A stretch of 39,253 bases of DNA, taken from positions 1 to 39,253 of the forward strand of contig JBFLZG010000015.1 in assembly GCA_040756235.1 (NCBI GenBank). Reading direction: 5' to 3'. The position numbers and the translations under genes were made by a program. The first letter of the stretch is position 1, and every line of letters starts with the position of its first letter. Shown one piece after another: positions 8,501 to 18,234 of this stretch. A model generated the notes under the pieces. It saw nothing but the letters and a program-made list of their open reading frames with translations. It did no database searches and was not told the DNA's origin. This stretch comes from a bacterium (GTDB lineage Bacteria > Desulfobacterota > DSWW01).

Positions 8501-9763
8501 CTAGACCAGCGTGCCTTCGTACGGCAAGTTTCGGATATCCTTGCGGAAGTCGGCCAACTGGTCACAGCCGTCCTTGGTCACGACCACGTAGTCTTCGTTG
8601 CCGAAGACCTCCGGCACGATGCCGGTGAGCTTGCTGAAATCCCCTTTCCAGTCCACCACCCAGACCTCCACCGCCATGACCATCCCCTCCTGAAAGACCG
8701 CCTCCTCTTCCTCGGCGATCATCGGCGGCTCGTGAGGGCTCAGGCCCACCCCGTGTCCCGCCACCTCGATCGTCGGCTCGATCCCGTCCGCCCGGAGCGA
8801 CTCGGCGACGACATCCATGATCACCTTGGTCTGGAGCCCCGGCTTGATGGCGGCAATCGCCGCTGCCTGGGCCCGGTCGACCGCTTCGGCCTTCTTGAGG
8901 GCCACGTCCGGCAGGGGGCCGATCTGGAAGCAGCGGCAACAGCTTCCGTAGTAGCCCTTGTAGGTCGGCAAAGGCTCGAACACCAGGCGATCGCCGATGG
9001 AAAGGTTTACTTCATCGTAGAAAGAGGGCGTGTCCGGCATGACCACGCGCCGGGAGGAGGAGGTCGCGATCGGCGGAGCGCAATCTTCCGTGTACTCCAG
9101 GATGGCGTGCCGGATCAGGTTTCCCGCGTCGCGCTCGCTCATGCCGAGCTCGAAGTTGGCCACGACCTCGCCGTAAGCGCGGGCCACGGCCTGCGAGGCC
9201 TTGCGGAGCGCCTCCACCTCGCTCGGGGACTTGATCATGCGGCACTTCCAGATGAGGTCGGCCGCCTCCACGAAGGTGGCGCCGTCGAGGGCTCCGCGGA
9301 AGCGGTCGATGTCGTTGACCGGCCGGGGGATCGCCATGCCGCCCAGCGCCCCGGCCTCGATTCCGACCCTCCCGCGGCCGCAGCCCAGCTCCTTCACGGT
9401 TTCGGCGACATCGACCGGGATCTGCCGGATGTTCTTGGTGACGTGCGGCTTGGCAAGCAGCCGGATATCCTTGATGTAGGTATAGCCCTCCGCCACCTGG
9501 CTGAAGAAGTCCGGCACCACGATCACCGGGTCCTTCTCCAGGGGGAGCAGGACCACCGCGGGCTGAATGCTCATGGCGGTCCAGTGGAGCGACTGGAACC
9601 CGCTGAAGTAGCGGATGTTGACCGGGTCCCAGAGGACGAGCACGTCGATCTTCTGCTCCGCCATGTACTTTCTCGCCCGGGCGAACCGGCTGTCGTATTC
9701 GCTCCGCGGAAAGTCCGCGTAAAGGGGGCTCGGCCACACCCGCTGCGGCTGTTTGATCAACAT
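8501..9763 (-). CDS. M24 family (Xaa-Pro peptidase/creatinase fold) hydrolase #1, altered metal site
   Basis: Creatinase-N-like start (FPRSEYDSRFARAR…NIRYFSGF), plus RMIKSPSEV, GHGVGLSPHEPP and NEDYVVVTKDG. The two Asp ligand positions read E and S. Confidence 0.85.
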   Translation of the reverse strand: MLIKQPQRVWPSPLYADFPRSEYDSRFARARKYMAEQKIDVLVLWDPVNIRYFSGFQSLHWTAMSIQPAVVLLPLEKDPVIVVPDFFSQVAEGYTYIKDIRLLAKPHVTKNIRQIPVDVAETVKELGCGRGRVGIEAGALGGMAIPRPVNDIDRFRGALDGATFVEAADLIWKCRMIKSPSEVEALRKASQAVARAYGEVVANFELGMSERDAGNLIRHAILEYTEDCAPPIATSSSRRVVMPDTPSFYDEVNLSIGDRLVFEPLPTYKGYYGSCCRCFQIGPLPDVALKKAEAVDRAQAAAIAAIKPGLQTKVIMDVVAESLRADGIEPTIEVAGHGVGLSPHEPPMIAEEEEAVFQEGMVMAVEVWVVDWKGDFSKLTGIVPEVFGNEDYVVVTKDGCDQLADFRKDIRNLPYEGTLV

Positions 9764-9810
9764 GTCTGTTCCCTCCTTTTGCGATCGTCCTTAATGATTC
9801 GGGGTGACGC

Positions 9811-10509
9811 CTATTCCGATTTCCACGTGTAGGAGTATTCGGCCGGCAGCTCCGACCCCAGCGCCGCCTTCCCCGCCTTGACGATGCGGGCCATTTCCGC
9901 GACGCGCCGGGCCACGTTCTGAGCGCAAGCGATCCCGTGCTCGTCCTTGAGGATGTTGTCCTCGGCCAGAAAATTCATGTCCTGCCCCGTCCAGGCAGCC
10001 GCCCCGAGGTAGCTGTCGGAAAACGTGTCCCCGGAGACGACGATGCCCTTCATCAGCACGGCGCTGTTGACCAGATAGCTCAGCGTCAGGTCCTGTCCGC
10101 CGTAGCGGCTTCCGCCGTTGGTCAGCACTCCGACCGCCTTGCAGAATCGCGGCACCTCTCGGCCCTGCTTCAAGTACTGCCAGATGCACGCATTCCCGAA
10201 CCGGTCCAGCAGGGCCTTCACCTGAGAAGGGACGCCCATATGGAAGACCGGAACTCCCCAGAGGATGCCGTCCGCGGCCACCCACTTCTCGCAGAATTCG
10301 TAAAGCCCATCCTTGATGACGCACTGGCCCTTTTCCATGCACTTGTAACAACTCAGGCAGTGGCTGATCTTCTTGCCAGCGACCTCGAACAGATCGGTCT
10401 CCACCCACGGAAATGCGCCGGCCGCCTCCAGGGCTTTCGCCACCAGCTTGGACGTATTGCCGTTCTTTCGCGGACTGCCCACGATGCCGAGGACCTTCAC
10501 TTTCTCCAT
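9811..10509 (-). CDS. Flavodoxin-fold NAD(P)H-dependent FMN reductase / iron-sulfur flavoprotein
   Basis: KVLGIVGSPRKNGNT, a CLSCYKC-x5-C cluster motif, ADGILWGVPVF and GGSRYGGQD. Confidence 0.85.
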   Translation of the reverse strand: MEKVKVLGIVGSPRKNGNTSKLVAKALEAAGAFPWVETDLFEVAGKKISHCLSCYKCMEKGQCVIKDGLYEFCEKWVAADGILWGVPVFHMGVPSQVKALLDRFGNACIWQYLKQGREVPRFCKAVGVLTNGGSRYGGQDLTLSYLVNSAVLMKGIVVSGDTFSDSYLGAAAWTGQDMNFLAEDNILKDEHGIACAQNVARRVAEMARIVKAGKAALGSELPAEYSYTWKSE

Positions 10510-10593
10510 CGCCCAGCTCCTTTCTCCGTTCAGAGCCACCTTCTCCAAACCGTTGGGCTCTGAGCTTCCCTCAGACCTCAGAATTCGGCTCCT

Positions 10594-10769
10594 GGAGGCT
10601 GTTCAGAAATGTCCAGATGCAAGGCGCACGAAGTCCTGAGGCCTGTTCCGAGGAGCGAGAGCGGCGAGAAAATCCCCGGCAGCAGCTGACCGCCGCACGA
10701 TTGTGCACGGGGGATTGCTTCGCTCCGCTCGCAACAGGCGCAGCAGATGGGCATTTATGGACAGCCTCC
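10594..10769. mobile_element. Non-autonomous MITE-like element, copy 2, with a nested palindromic repeat
   Basis: Terminal inverted repeats GGAGGCTGTTCAGAAATGTCCAGATGC and GCAGATGGGCATTTATGGACAGCCTCC. The left arm matches the copy at 1-69. Internal inverted repeat GCCTGTTCCGAG…CTCGCAACAGGC at 10641-10739. Confidence 0.7.
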
Positions 10770-12077
10770 TCCCCAACCGCATATCCTCTGGACAGCCGCT
10801 TCGGCACTCCTCACCGCAGCCTCCATCCCACTTCCGCTCAAGACGCAGCTTACGAACGAAACACCTCTCAGACGCTTCGCCTGTTCGATGAAGTCCAGGA
10901 TCGCCCGGTGAGCGCCCGGAGTGAACAGCGCATTCACGAAGGGATGCCGCACGACCCGGGCCTCTTCCGTCCAACCGGAAATCCCGGGGATCATCAGCTC
11001 CATGTCCTCCTTGGCCTTGTTCAGAATCTCGGCGTCGCTCTCTTTCATCAGACCCGAGCTCGTGGGGTAGACGGCCCACCCCGTCACCGCACTCTTTCCG
11101 CTGGGAAACATCTCGGGCGCCTTCGCCTGCTCATTGATCGCAAACGTGTAATTCGTGCGCAGGCCCGGATCGGTAAAGTAAAAGAGGACGTCCTTGCGCA
11201 GGGGCCGGTCGAGAAAGAAGACGGCCATGGGAATGGGCGTGTAAAGCACCGAAGCGAGAAAGCGGCGCTGCTCCTCGAGCTCGTCCGGCAACAGGGGGGC
11301 GGCCGCGGCCGGCGTGGTGGCCACGATCACGTGGCCGGCCTTCCGCACGGATCCGTCTCCAGCCATCTCCACGCCGACCACCCGGCCCTTCTCCATGACG
11401 AGCCTCTGAACAGGCGCCTCATACCGGACAGGCAGGCGCCTGGCCACCTCCTCTGCCAGGGAGGAGATCCCCCGGGTCAGACTGAGGAGGCTCGCTGCGA
11501 GCGTGGAACGGAACATGCGGATGTAGTGGTAGAGGCTCATCCATTCCGGACGGGCGATCATGGAGCCCATGGCCAGGGGAGTCACCAGGTAATCCAGGAA
11601 GGCGCGATCCGAGGGAGACCGGTACAGGTCGACAATGCTCGTATTGTCATACTCGGGGATATCTACGGTGATCCCATAATCGGGAAACCGACGGCCGAAG
11701 ATCACGTACCGGAGGATGAACGCGTACAGATTCAGGTTGCCTTTGAGCCCGAACAGTTTCGCATAGGGAGCGTGCGGGTCGTGCACGTAGGCAGAGCCGT
11801 TCTTGAGCGCGTACTGAGCCTTGTTGCCGGCCGTGCGGCGCTTCGAGCCGCCCATGCCCATGGCGTCGATGAGCTCGAGGCCATAGCGGCCGTTCGTATG
11901 ATAGAACTGGGCCCCTACGTCCACCCGGTCCCCCTTGCGCTCGAGCGTCATCATGCGGCCTCCGGGCCGATCGGAGGCCTCCAGAACCTCGACCTCGAAC
12001 CCTCTCTGCTGCAGCCGATAGCCGGCTGCGAGCCCGCCGATGCCCGCCCCCACGATCACGACTTTCCTGTCCTGCAT
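10755..12077 (-). CDS. FAD-dependent oxidoreductase, amine oxidase/PPO fold, #2
   Basis: MQDRKVVIVGAGIGGLAAG, RPGGR and DVGAQFYH. Paralog of #1, #3 and #4. Confidence 0.85.
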   Translation of the reverse strand: MQDRKVVIVGAGIGGLAAGYRLQQRGFEVEVLEASDRPGGRMMTLERKGDRVDVGAQFYHTNGRYGLELIDAMGMGGSKRRTAGNKAQYALKNGSAYVHDPHAPYAKLFGLKGNLNLYAFILRYVIFGRRFPDYGITVDIPEYDNTSIVDLYRSPSDRAFLDYLVTPLAMGSMIARPEWMSLYHYIRMFRSTLAASLLSLTRGISSLAEEVARRLPVRYEAPVQRLVMEKGRVVGVEMAGDGSVRKAGHVIVATTPAAAAPLLPDELEEQRRFLASVLYTPIPMAVFFLDRPLRKDVLFYFTDPGLRTNYTFAINEQAKAPEMFPSGKSAVTGWAVYPTSSGLMKESDAEILNKAKEDMELMIPGISGWTEEARVVRHPFVNALFTPGAHRAILDFIEQAKRLRGVSFVSCVLSGSGMEAAVRSAEAAVQRICGWGGGCP

Positions 12078-12123
12078 TCCGGAGCTCCCCGAGAGATCAG
12101 CCATTCGGGCTTGCAGGCGTGCA

Positions 12124-13422
12124 CTACTTGCAGAGTTTCTGGAATCCGGCCAGGGAGTACATGTTCCGGTCCTGGATCGCGTACCACACTCCGATCCCCT
12201 CCGGACTGAGGGCCCTCAGGATGGTCGCATGGTCGTAGCGGTCGTCCACGGCCATATAGAACCCGCCTTGCAGATAGCGCAGCTTCTTGTCCGGGCTCTC
12301 GAAGCCTGACAGGCACAACATGATCGTCTTCCAGTAGGCGGCAGCCCGATCCGTAATGATCTTGTAATACACCACGTACGGAACCGCCTCATCCACCCAC
12401 AGATATTGCGTCCCATAGTTGTAGTAGGGGTCCTTGGGCTTGAACTCCAGGATCAGGACGTCGCGCTTGACCCACGGAAGGTTCGTCGGAGCCCAGGGGG
12501 CGCCTTCCCAGCCTTCCTTCTGGTAACCGTACACGACGTTCTTGATGGTCGGCGTCGACAGCCACTCGCCTTTCTTGTTCTGCACCAGAGGTTGGGGATT
12601 CTCATCCAGCCAGGGCACGACGGCCTGGGCCTTTTTCACCGGCATCCAGTCGACGGAAGAGATCTTTCCGTCAAAGCCGTAACCGTCGTCTACGCACATG
12701 TCCGTGCCGATGAAGGCGTCCGACCGGTTGGCGGGGCTCATCCGCCGCACCCTGCGGATGGCGGGAACAAAGCCGTAGGTCATGTCCTGCCTGTCGTCCA
12801 GGTAGCGCCAGGTCAGAATATTGGTCCCGGCGATGTCATAGGGGGCCAGCACCTGGATGATGGAGAACTTCTCGACCAGGTCCGAATTGCTCTCCTTGGC
12901 CGCTTCCGAGTATCCGATCATCGGATACCACAAGAACGCCGCCTGCACCTCCCTCTCATACCCGGAACGGCCCACCCAGATCGCGGTCATGGGATAGAAA
13001 CCGTTGCCAAGGGTGTACGCATAACACATGCGATTGTACATCAGCATGTGCGGCGCTCGCGGATCATTCAGGGCCACCTCCGGAAAAGGGATGCCATCGA
13101 CGTGTTCGGGCGTCTTTCCCGTGGCCGCCTCCACGATCAGCCCTTCCTCGCTCACCTGGAACTTCCCCTTGTTCGGCCCGAAAGATCGGACCGCAGCCTC
13201 CGGCCAGTACTCGCTGGGATCATAGTTCAACGTCTTGATCGGCATGGTGAAGTCGCCCCGCTTCACCCAGTTCAGGACCGAATCCGGAAGCAGCCCCTCC
13301 ACCTTCTCCCAGTTCGTCTTGTCCACCACGTCTCCGGGCGAAACGTCTGCGCCGGCCCCAGCCGCCCAGCAGAAAAGGGCCAGGACCACCCCCACGATGC
13401 TGACGACTCTTTGTGCTTTCAT
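12124..13422 (-). CDS. DUF1329 family periplasmic protein #1
   Basis: Signal peptide (…WAAGAGA/DV). Contains GIPFP, FVPAIRRVRRMSPANRSD, GTDMCVDD and PKDPYYNYG. Confidence 0.8.
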   Translation of the reverse strand: MKAQRVVSIVGVVLALFCWAAGAGADVSPGDVVDKTNWEKVEGLLPDSVLNWVKRGDFTMPIKTLNYDPSEYWPEAAVRSFGPNKGKFQVSEEGLIVEAATGKTPEHVDGIPFPEVALNDPRAPHMLMYNRMCYAYTLGNGFYPMTAIWVGRSGYEREVQAAFLWYPMIGYSEAAKESNSDLVEKFSIIQVLAPYDIAGTNILTWRYLDDRQDMTYGFVPAIRRVRRMSPANRSDAFIGTDMCVDDGYGFDGKISSVDWMPVKKAQAVVPWLDENPQPLVQNKKGEWLSTPTIKNVVYGYQKEGWEGAPWAPTNLPWVKRDVLILEFKPKDPYYNYGTQYLWVDEAVPYVVYYKIITDRAAAYWKTIMLCLSGFESPDKKLRYLQGGFYMAVDDRYDHATILRALSPEGIGVWYAIQDRNMYSLAGFQKLCK

Positions 13423-13543
13423 CACGCATCTCCTTGCTCTCGTAAAGCCGGATCCGGGCTGCCCTTGCACGAAGAACCTGCAGCCCGAGACTGCCGATTC
13501 CCCTACCCCGCGAAGCGGCGGATCTGCCCGGAGGCGGCAACCG

Positions 13544-15502
13544 TCACGCGAGCGGCTCCAGCCCCACCTCCCGCATGGTCTCCGGGGTGGGCGCACCGGT
13601 CACCGGGTCCCAGCCCACCGTCTCCAGGAAGACCTTCTCCAGACCCGCCTGGTCGACGCTCACATGCTGCAGCGGCCCCCGGGTCATGGCCGGCCGGCCG
13701 AGCGCCCGAGGGGGAAGCTCGGTATCTTCCGGCCGTACCCCCTCCCGCGCGTTGAACGCCCTGCGCAGGCACAGAATGCGTCTTCCGGCCAGCAGATAAT
13801 CGTCCGGCGACAGGTCCCAGCCGGTCACGGCATTGTAGTACTCCACGACGGGATACGTGCTCGACTCCGCTCCGAAAATACAGCACCCTCCGCAGTGGAT
13901 CAGCTGGGCGTAGTAACTCCCCGCCGTGTATCGTTTGACCTTGCGCGCGACCTTGTCCCGGCCCTCCCGGATCATCCGCCTCGCCAGGGGGAACCTCTTC
14001 TCCGGAGCGTACAGATCGTTGACGGCAAAACTGGAGGTCGTATGCCTTCCCGGTGTGGGATCCCACTTGTAAGCGATCGCAAAGCCGTGGTCGAAGCGGC
14101 TGTCGTGCATCGGCAGCTCCTGACCGCCCGCATGCATGGCGCACAGCTCGGCGCCGCTGCCGATCCGTTCCGCCGCCTTCCTGACGCCGTCGGCCAGGAG
14201 GTCGCCGAACCCTTCCCGCGCGATCATCATCTCCAGCAGCTTGACGATGCTCTCGGTCCGGCCCCAGCCCAGCTCGAGACCGCCCAAGGCTTCGGGACAC
14301 AGGATGCCCTTTTCGAAACATTCGATAGCGAAGGCGATGGCCGCACCGGCGGATATGGTGTCCATGCCCGCCCGGTTGCACATCTCGTTCATCTCGATGA
14401 CGGCATCCAGGTCGTCCTGGAGGAGGAGGCCCCCGAAGGCTCCGATCGACTCGTATTCCGGCTTGTGCCCCTCGCCGCCGGCATACCGTCCCTTGCGAAT
14501 CTCGACCATGCCGCCGCAGCCCAAGGGGCAGGACTGGCAGGCGTAGCGGCGCCTCTGCCGCTCGAGCACCATCTCACCGGAGCACTTGGCCGCGCTTTGC
14601 ACGGTGTAGTCCAGGTAGCCGACGCCCGTCCAGTTGCGGATCGGCATGTCGCCGATGACGGCCGAATAGACGACCGCCCCAGCCGTGCCCCACGTGCGCC
14701 ACAGCTCGCGCACGGTCGCGGTCTGGGCCGGGAAGGAAACGCGCAGCTTGGCGAGGAGCAGGGGGATGGCTTCTCCGAACTTGAAGGCGATCTTGTCGGC
14801 GAGCCTGACCTTCTGTCTGTACGCCTCGAGGAGCTTCTTGTTGACGGCTTTCACCTTGTCCGGCCGGGCTACGGGGATCGCCTTGCTGCCCTGGAACGAG
14901 ACGGCCTTCAAATTTTTCGACCCCATCAACGCGCCCAGGCCCGAGCGGGCAGCGATCCGGCCCCCGCCCGTGACCACGCCCGAGATCAGGGACAGCTTTT
15001 CGCCGGAGGGTCCGATGGTTGCCACCTGGGCCTTCGGATCGCCAAGGGCTTGCTTGATGGCTCCTTCGCTTTCGATCGCATCCATGCCCCAGAGCTTTCT
15101 CGCGTCACGGAGGGAGACCTTGTCTTCGCATATCTCGACGAACGTGGGGTGGGGAGCCCGGCCGGTGAAAAACACGGCATCGTAGCCGGCTTGCTTGATC
15201 TTGACGGAGAGGAAACCGCCGGAATTGGCGTCTCCCCAGGTGCCGGTGAGAGGGGATTTTCCGGCCACCATGTAGCGGCCGGTGAAAAGAGCCCCGGAGC
15301 CGGTCAGGAGGCCCGGGCAGAAGGCCAGGTGGCCGCGGGGATCCATGGGCTCCAGGCCGGCCGGCTGGCGCCGGGCAATGACGCCTGCAGCGAGTCCGTA
15401 TCCCCCGAGGTATTGCCTGTAAAACGCGTCGCCCGGCTCTATCTTCTCTGTCGATCCGTCGCCCAGGTGGACCACCAGGTATTTGCCCATGAATCCCGGC
15501 AT
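13544..15502 (-). CDS. aor: Aldehyde:ferredoxin oxidoreductase (tungstopterin AOR family)
   Basis: KSPLTG, IGPSGE, AARSGLGALMGSKNLKAV, CQSCPLGC, PEYES, GMDTIS, ELPMHDSR and GWDPVTGAPTPET. Confidence 0.9.
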   Translation of the reverse strand: MPGFMGKYLVVHLGDGSTEKIEPGDAFYRQYLGGYGLAAGVIARRQPAGLEPMDPRGHLAFCPGLLTGSGALFTGRYMVAGKSPLTGTWGDANSGGFLSVKIKQAGYDAVFFTGRAPHPTFVEICEDKVSLRDARKLWGMDAIESEGAIKQALGDPKAQVATIGPSGEKLSLISGVVTGGGRIAARSGLGALMGSKNLKAVSFQGSKAIPVARPDKVKAVNKKLLEAYRQKVRLADKIAFKFGEAIPLLLAKLRVSFPAQTATVRELWRTWGTAGAVVYSAVIGDMPIRNWTGVGYLDYTVQSAAKCSGEMVLERQRRRYACQSCPLGCGGMVEIRKGRYAGGEGHKPEYESIGAFGGLLLQDDLDAVIEMNEMCNRAGMDTISAGAAIAFAIECFEKGILCPEALGGLELGWGRTESIVKLLEMMIAREGFGDLLADGVRKAAERIGSGAELCAMHAGGQELPMHDSRFDHGFAIAYKWDPTPGRHTTSSFAVNDLYAPEKRFPLARRMIREGRDKVARKVKRYTAGSYYAQLIHCGGCCIFGAESSTYPVVEYYNAVTGWDLSPDDYLLAGRRILCLRRAFNAREGVRPEDTELPPRALGRPAMTRGPLQHVSVDQAGLEKVFLETVGWDPVTGAPTPETMREVGLEPLA

Positions 15503-15577
15503 GATGGAACCTCCTTGCAGGTCCGCCGAATTCCGAGCCCGGGCGACAGGATCTTCAAGGCGATCCGCAAAAGCCCC

Positions 15578-15844
15578 TCATCCACCGACCGACGGGCGCA
15601 GGCACAGAACCTCATCCGCTTCCGCGAGCCGATGATCCAGCCCCACCTTCTGTCCATTCACCACGACGAGGATCCGGCTCACGTTGCGCAGCCCGAGTTT
15701 CTTCACCACGGCCTTGACCCGAGCGCCTTCGCGCAGGACCAGAGGAATGCCCCTGGAGAATTCGTAATCTTCCACCTTGACCTCACGATCCAGGCCGCCG
15801 GACAGCCTTACCGTGACCCGGATGGCGGCCCTCCGTTTGAACAT
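15578..15844 (-). CDS. MoaD/ThiS family sulfur-carrier protein
   Basis: 88 aa with VVVNG and a C-terminal GG. Directly upstream of the AOR gene. Confidence 0.85.
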   Translation of the reverse strand: MFKRRAAIRVTVRLSGGLDREVKVEDYEFSRGIPLVLREGARVKAVVKKLGLRNVSRILVVVNGQKVGLDHRLAEADEVLCLRPSVGG

Positions 15845-15991
15845 GGCAGCCCTTGCGGATGGTCCTTCCCACGGTGCCGGCTTCCGCTCTCAGGAGAACC
15901 GACCGGACCCTCGTTTCGCGCGAACAGAGAGGAGGCGGAGACGCGCCGGAGCCCGCAATCGGACTCCCTGTCGCCAGCTCTCCGCGTTCGC

Positions 15992-16705
15992 CTATCGGTT
16001 TCCTTCCGCCCGTCTGGGCAGGTCTTTTTCGACTCCCTCTCGACCCGGGGCGACGCCGGGCATCCGAACGGCCAGGAATGCCCTGGCCGATTCCAGGATC
16101 AGCTCGACCTTCTGCCTCTGGCTGAGTTGCTTTTGACCTTGCGGGAAGTACGCGTCGAACCGCCTGCGGTGATACTCGGACACCAGCGAGTACGTGTAGA
16201 GGCACAGATGATTGTCCAGGAACTGCGCGGCGAGGTCGCTGCGAAGGTCTCTGGCGATCTCGCCCCTCTCCTTCGCCTTCTCCAGCAGCTCAAAATAAAA
16301 CTCGCGGGCAGCGCTTTCCACCTTGGGCGATACAATGCTCGCGAATCGGTTCATGGAGCATGAGCTCATATTGACCCAGATCTCCACGTACGAACGGTAC
16401 CGCCGGGTAAAGCTCCCCACGCCGCGGAACAGCCCCTCGACGGCCTCGAAAAGGGAACCGGAGTCCCGGGTGTATCGACCGAAGAGCTCCTGGACCATCA
16501 GGTGCAAGCCGTGGTCCAGCACGGCCATGAGGACCGCCTCCTTGTTCTTGAAATACTTGTACAAGGCGCCCATCGAGATGCCCGCCTCCAGGCAGATATC
16601 TGCGACGTTGGCCTTGTCATACCCGTCCTTGGCGAACACCCTGGAGGCTGCATCCAGGATATTTTCCTGTCTCTCAGGTGCCAGTCTCTTGAAGGTGGCG
16701 AGCAT
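15992..16705 (-). CDS. TetR/AcrR family regulator #1
   Basis: ILDAASRVFAKDGYDKANVADICLEAGISMGALYKYFKNKE helix-turn-helix. ATG at 16705. Confidence 0.9.
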   Translation of the reverse strand: MLATFKRLAPERQENILDAASRVFAKDGYDKANVADICLEAGISMGALYKYFKNKEAVLMAVLDHGLHLMVQELFGRYTRDSGSLFEAVEGLFRGVGSFTRRYRSYVEIWVNMSSCSMNRFASIVSPKVESAAREFYFELLEKAKERGEIARDLRSDLAAQFLDNHLCLYTYSLVSEYHRRRFDAYFPQGQKQLSQRQKVELILESARAFLAVRMPGVAPGREGVEKDLPRRAEGNR

Positions 16706-16730
16706 GTGCCCCGTCTCCGAGTGCAAGATA

Positions 16731-16779
16731 GAAAGTGAGCGCTCGCTTTCCACATACACAAAAGCGACGATGCTGTCAA
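16731..16779 (-). promoter_or_regulatory. Sigma70-type promoter with a palindromic operator upstream of TetR #1
   Basis: Minus strand: TTGACA-17 nt-TATGTG, followed by GAAAGCGAGCGCTCACTTTC (20-bp palindrome with one mismatched pair). Confidence 0.75.
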
Positions 16780-16840
16780 GGAAAATTCAGGACCCACCGT
16801 CCGATGAAAGCCGAAGCGTGGGCGTACGCACAGCGGCCCA

Positions 16841-18157
16841 TCACGCCATCCCTCCCCAACCGCAAATTCGCTGGACGGCAGCCTTACCGCTCTGGATGGC
16901 CGCCTCCATGCCGCTCCCGTTCAGCACGCAGCTCACGAAGGAAACCCCTCTCAGGTGCTGCGCCTGATCCAGGAAACCCAGGACCGCCCGGTAGCTGCCC
17001 GGAGTGAACAGCGCGTTCACGAACGGATGGCGGTAGACCACGGCATCCTCGATCCAGGCGGAAAACCCCGGAATCATCACCTCCAGGTCCTCCCTTGCCG
17101 TGGAGAGGATTGCGTCGTCCGCGAGGGCCAGCAAGCCCGGGCTTCCGGGGTAGGCGGGCCATGCCGTCAGGGCGCCCTTTCCGCTGGGCAGCATCTCGGG
17201 CACTTTCGCCAGCTCGTTGATGGCCAGCGTGTAGGCGCACGGGCGGCCGGGATCGTTGAAATAGAACAGGACGTCCGGGGACAGAGGTCGGTCCAGAAAG
17301 AAGACCACCGCGGGGATGGCCGTGTAGAGCACGGACTCAAGAAACCGGCGCTGCTCGTCGAGCTTGTCGGGCATGAGGGGGGCAGCCGCAGCGGGCGTGG
17401 TGGCCACGATCACGTGACCGGCCTTCCGCACCGATCCGTCTCCGGCCATCTCGACCCCCACGACCCGGCCCCGCTCCATGACGAGCTTGCGAACCGGCGC
17501 CTCGTACCGCACGGGCAGCCGCTTGGCGACCTCCCGGGCCAGGGCGGACACGCCGCAGGTCAGGCCCGCCAGGCTCGACAGCAGGGAGGAACGCAGCATG
17601 CGGATGAAATGGTAGACGTTCGTCCATTCGGGGCGGGCCAGCATGGAGCCCATGGTCAGGGGGGTCACGCAATAGTCCAGCAGTCCCTGGTCCGCAGGAG
17701 AACGGAACAGATCCAGGATTTCGGCTTGGTCGTACTCGGGAATGTCCTTGCCGATCCCGCAAGAGGGCAGCGGCGGACCGAACACCACGTGCTTCAGGAT
17801 GAACCCGTAAAGCTTGAGGTTGCCTTTGAGCCCGAACAGCTTGGTGTAGGGCGCGCCCGGGTCGTGGACGCAGGAGCCGCCGTTGCGCAGCGCGTACTGT
17901 ACCTTGCCTTTCACCTTGCGCTTGAGGCCGCTCAGGCCCATCTCGTCGATGAGCTCGAGGGCGCCGCGGCCGTTCGAGTGGATGAAGTGCGCCCCCAGGT
18001 CCACCCGGTCTCCTTTGCGCTCGAGCCCGACCATACGGCCCCCGGGGCGGTCGGCGGCTTCCAGGACCTCGACCTCGAACCCTCTCTGCCGCAGCCGGTA
18101 GCCCGCGGTGAGCCCCCCGATTCCGGCCCCTACGACGATGACTTTCCTGTCTTCCAT
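16841..18157 (-). CDS. FAD-dependent oxidoreductase, amine oxidase/PPO fold, #3
   Basis: MEDRKVIVVGAGIGGLTAG, RPGGR and DLGAHFIH. Closest to #2. Confidence 0.85.
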   Translation of the reverse strand: MEDRKVIVVGAGIGGLTAGYRLRQRGFEVEVLEAADRPGGRMVGLERKGDRVDLGAHFIHSNGRGALELIDEMGLSGLKRKVKGKVQYALRNGGSCVHDPGAPYTKLFGLKGNLKLYGFILKHVVFGPPLPSCGIGKDIPEYDQAEILDLFRSPADQGLLDYCVTPLTMGSMLARPEWTNVYHFIRMLRSSLLSSLAGLTCGVSALAREVAKRLPVRYEAPVRKLVMERGRVVGVEMAGDGSVRKAGHVIVATTPAAAAPLMPDKLDEQRRFLESVLYTAIPAVVFFLDRPLSPDVLFYFNDPGRPCAYTLAINELAKVPEMLPSGKGALTAWPAYPGSPGLLALADDAILSTAREDLEVMIPGFSAWIEDAVVYRHPFVNALFTPGSYRAVLGFLDQAQHLRGVSFVSCVLNGSGMEAAIQSGKAAVQRICGWGGMA

Positions 18158-18234
18158 GTTCGCCTCGACCGACGAGGGCTCCCCCCCGGCCAGGCAGAGA
18201 GCAGAACGGCTGCGATACGCGATCGACCTTCAGC

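Noticed and set aside
13235..16363. 1042-aa plus-strand ORF and other long antisense ORFs (693-2813, 6801-8492, 10413-12209, 20859-22625, 26586-28076, 31100-32890)
   Set aside because: They shadow well-supported minus-strand genes and lack recognisable motifs. Such ORFs are expected in high-GC DNA with biased codon usage.
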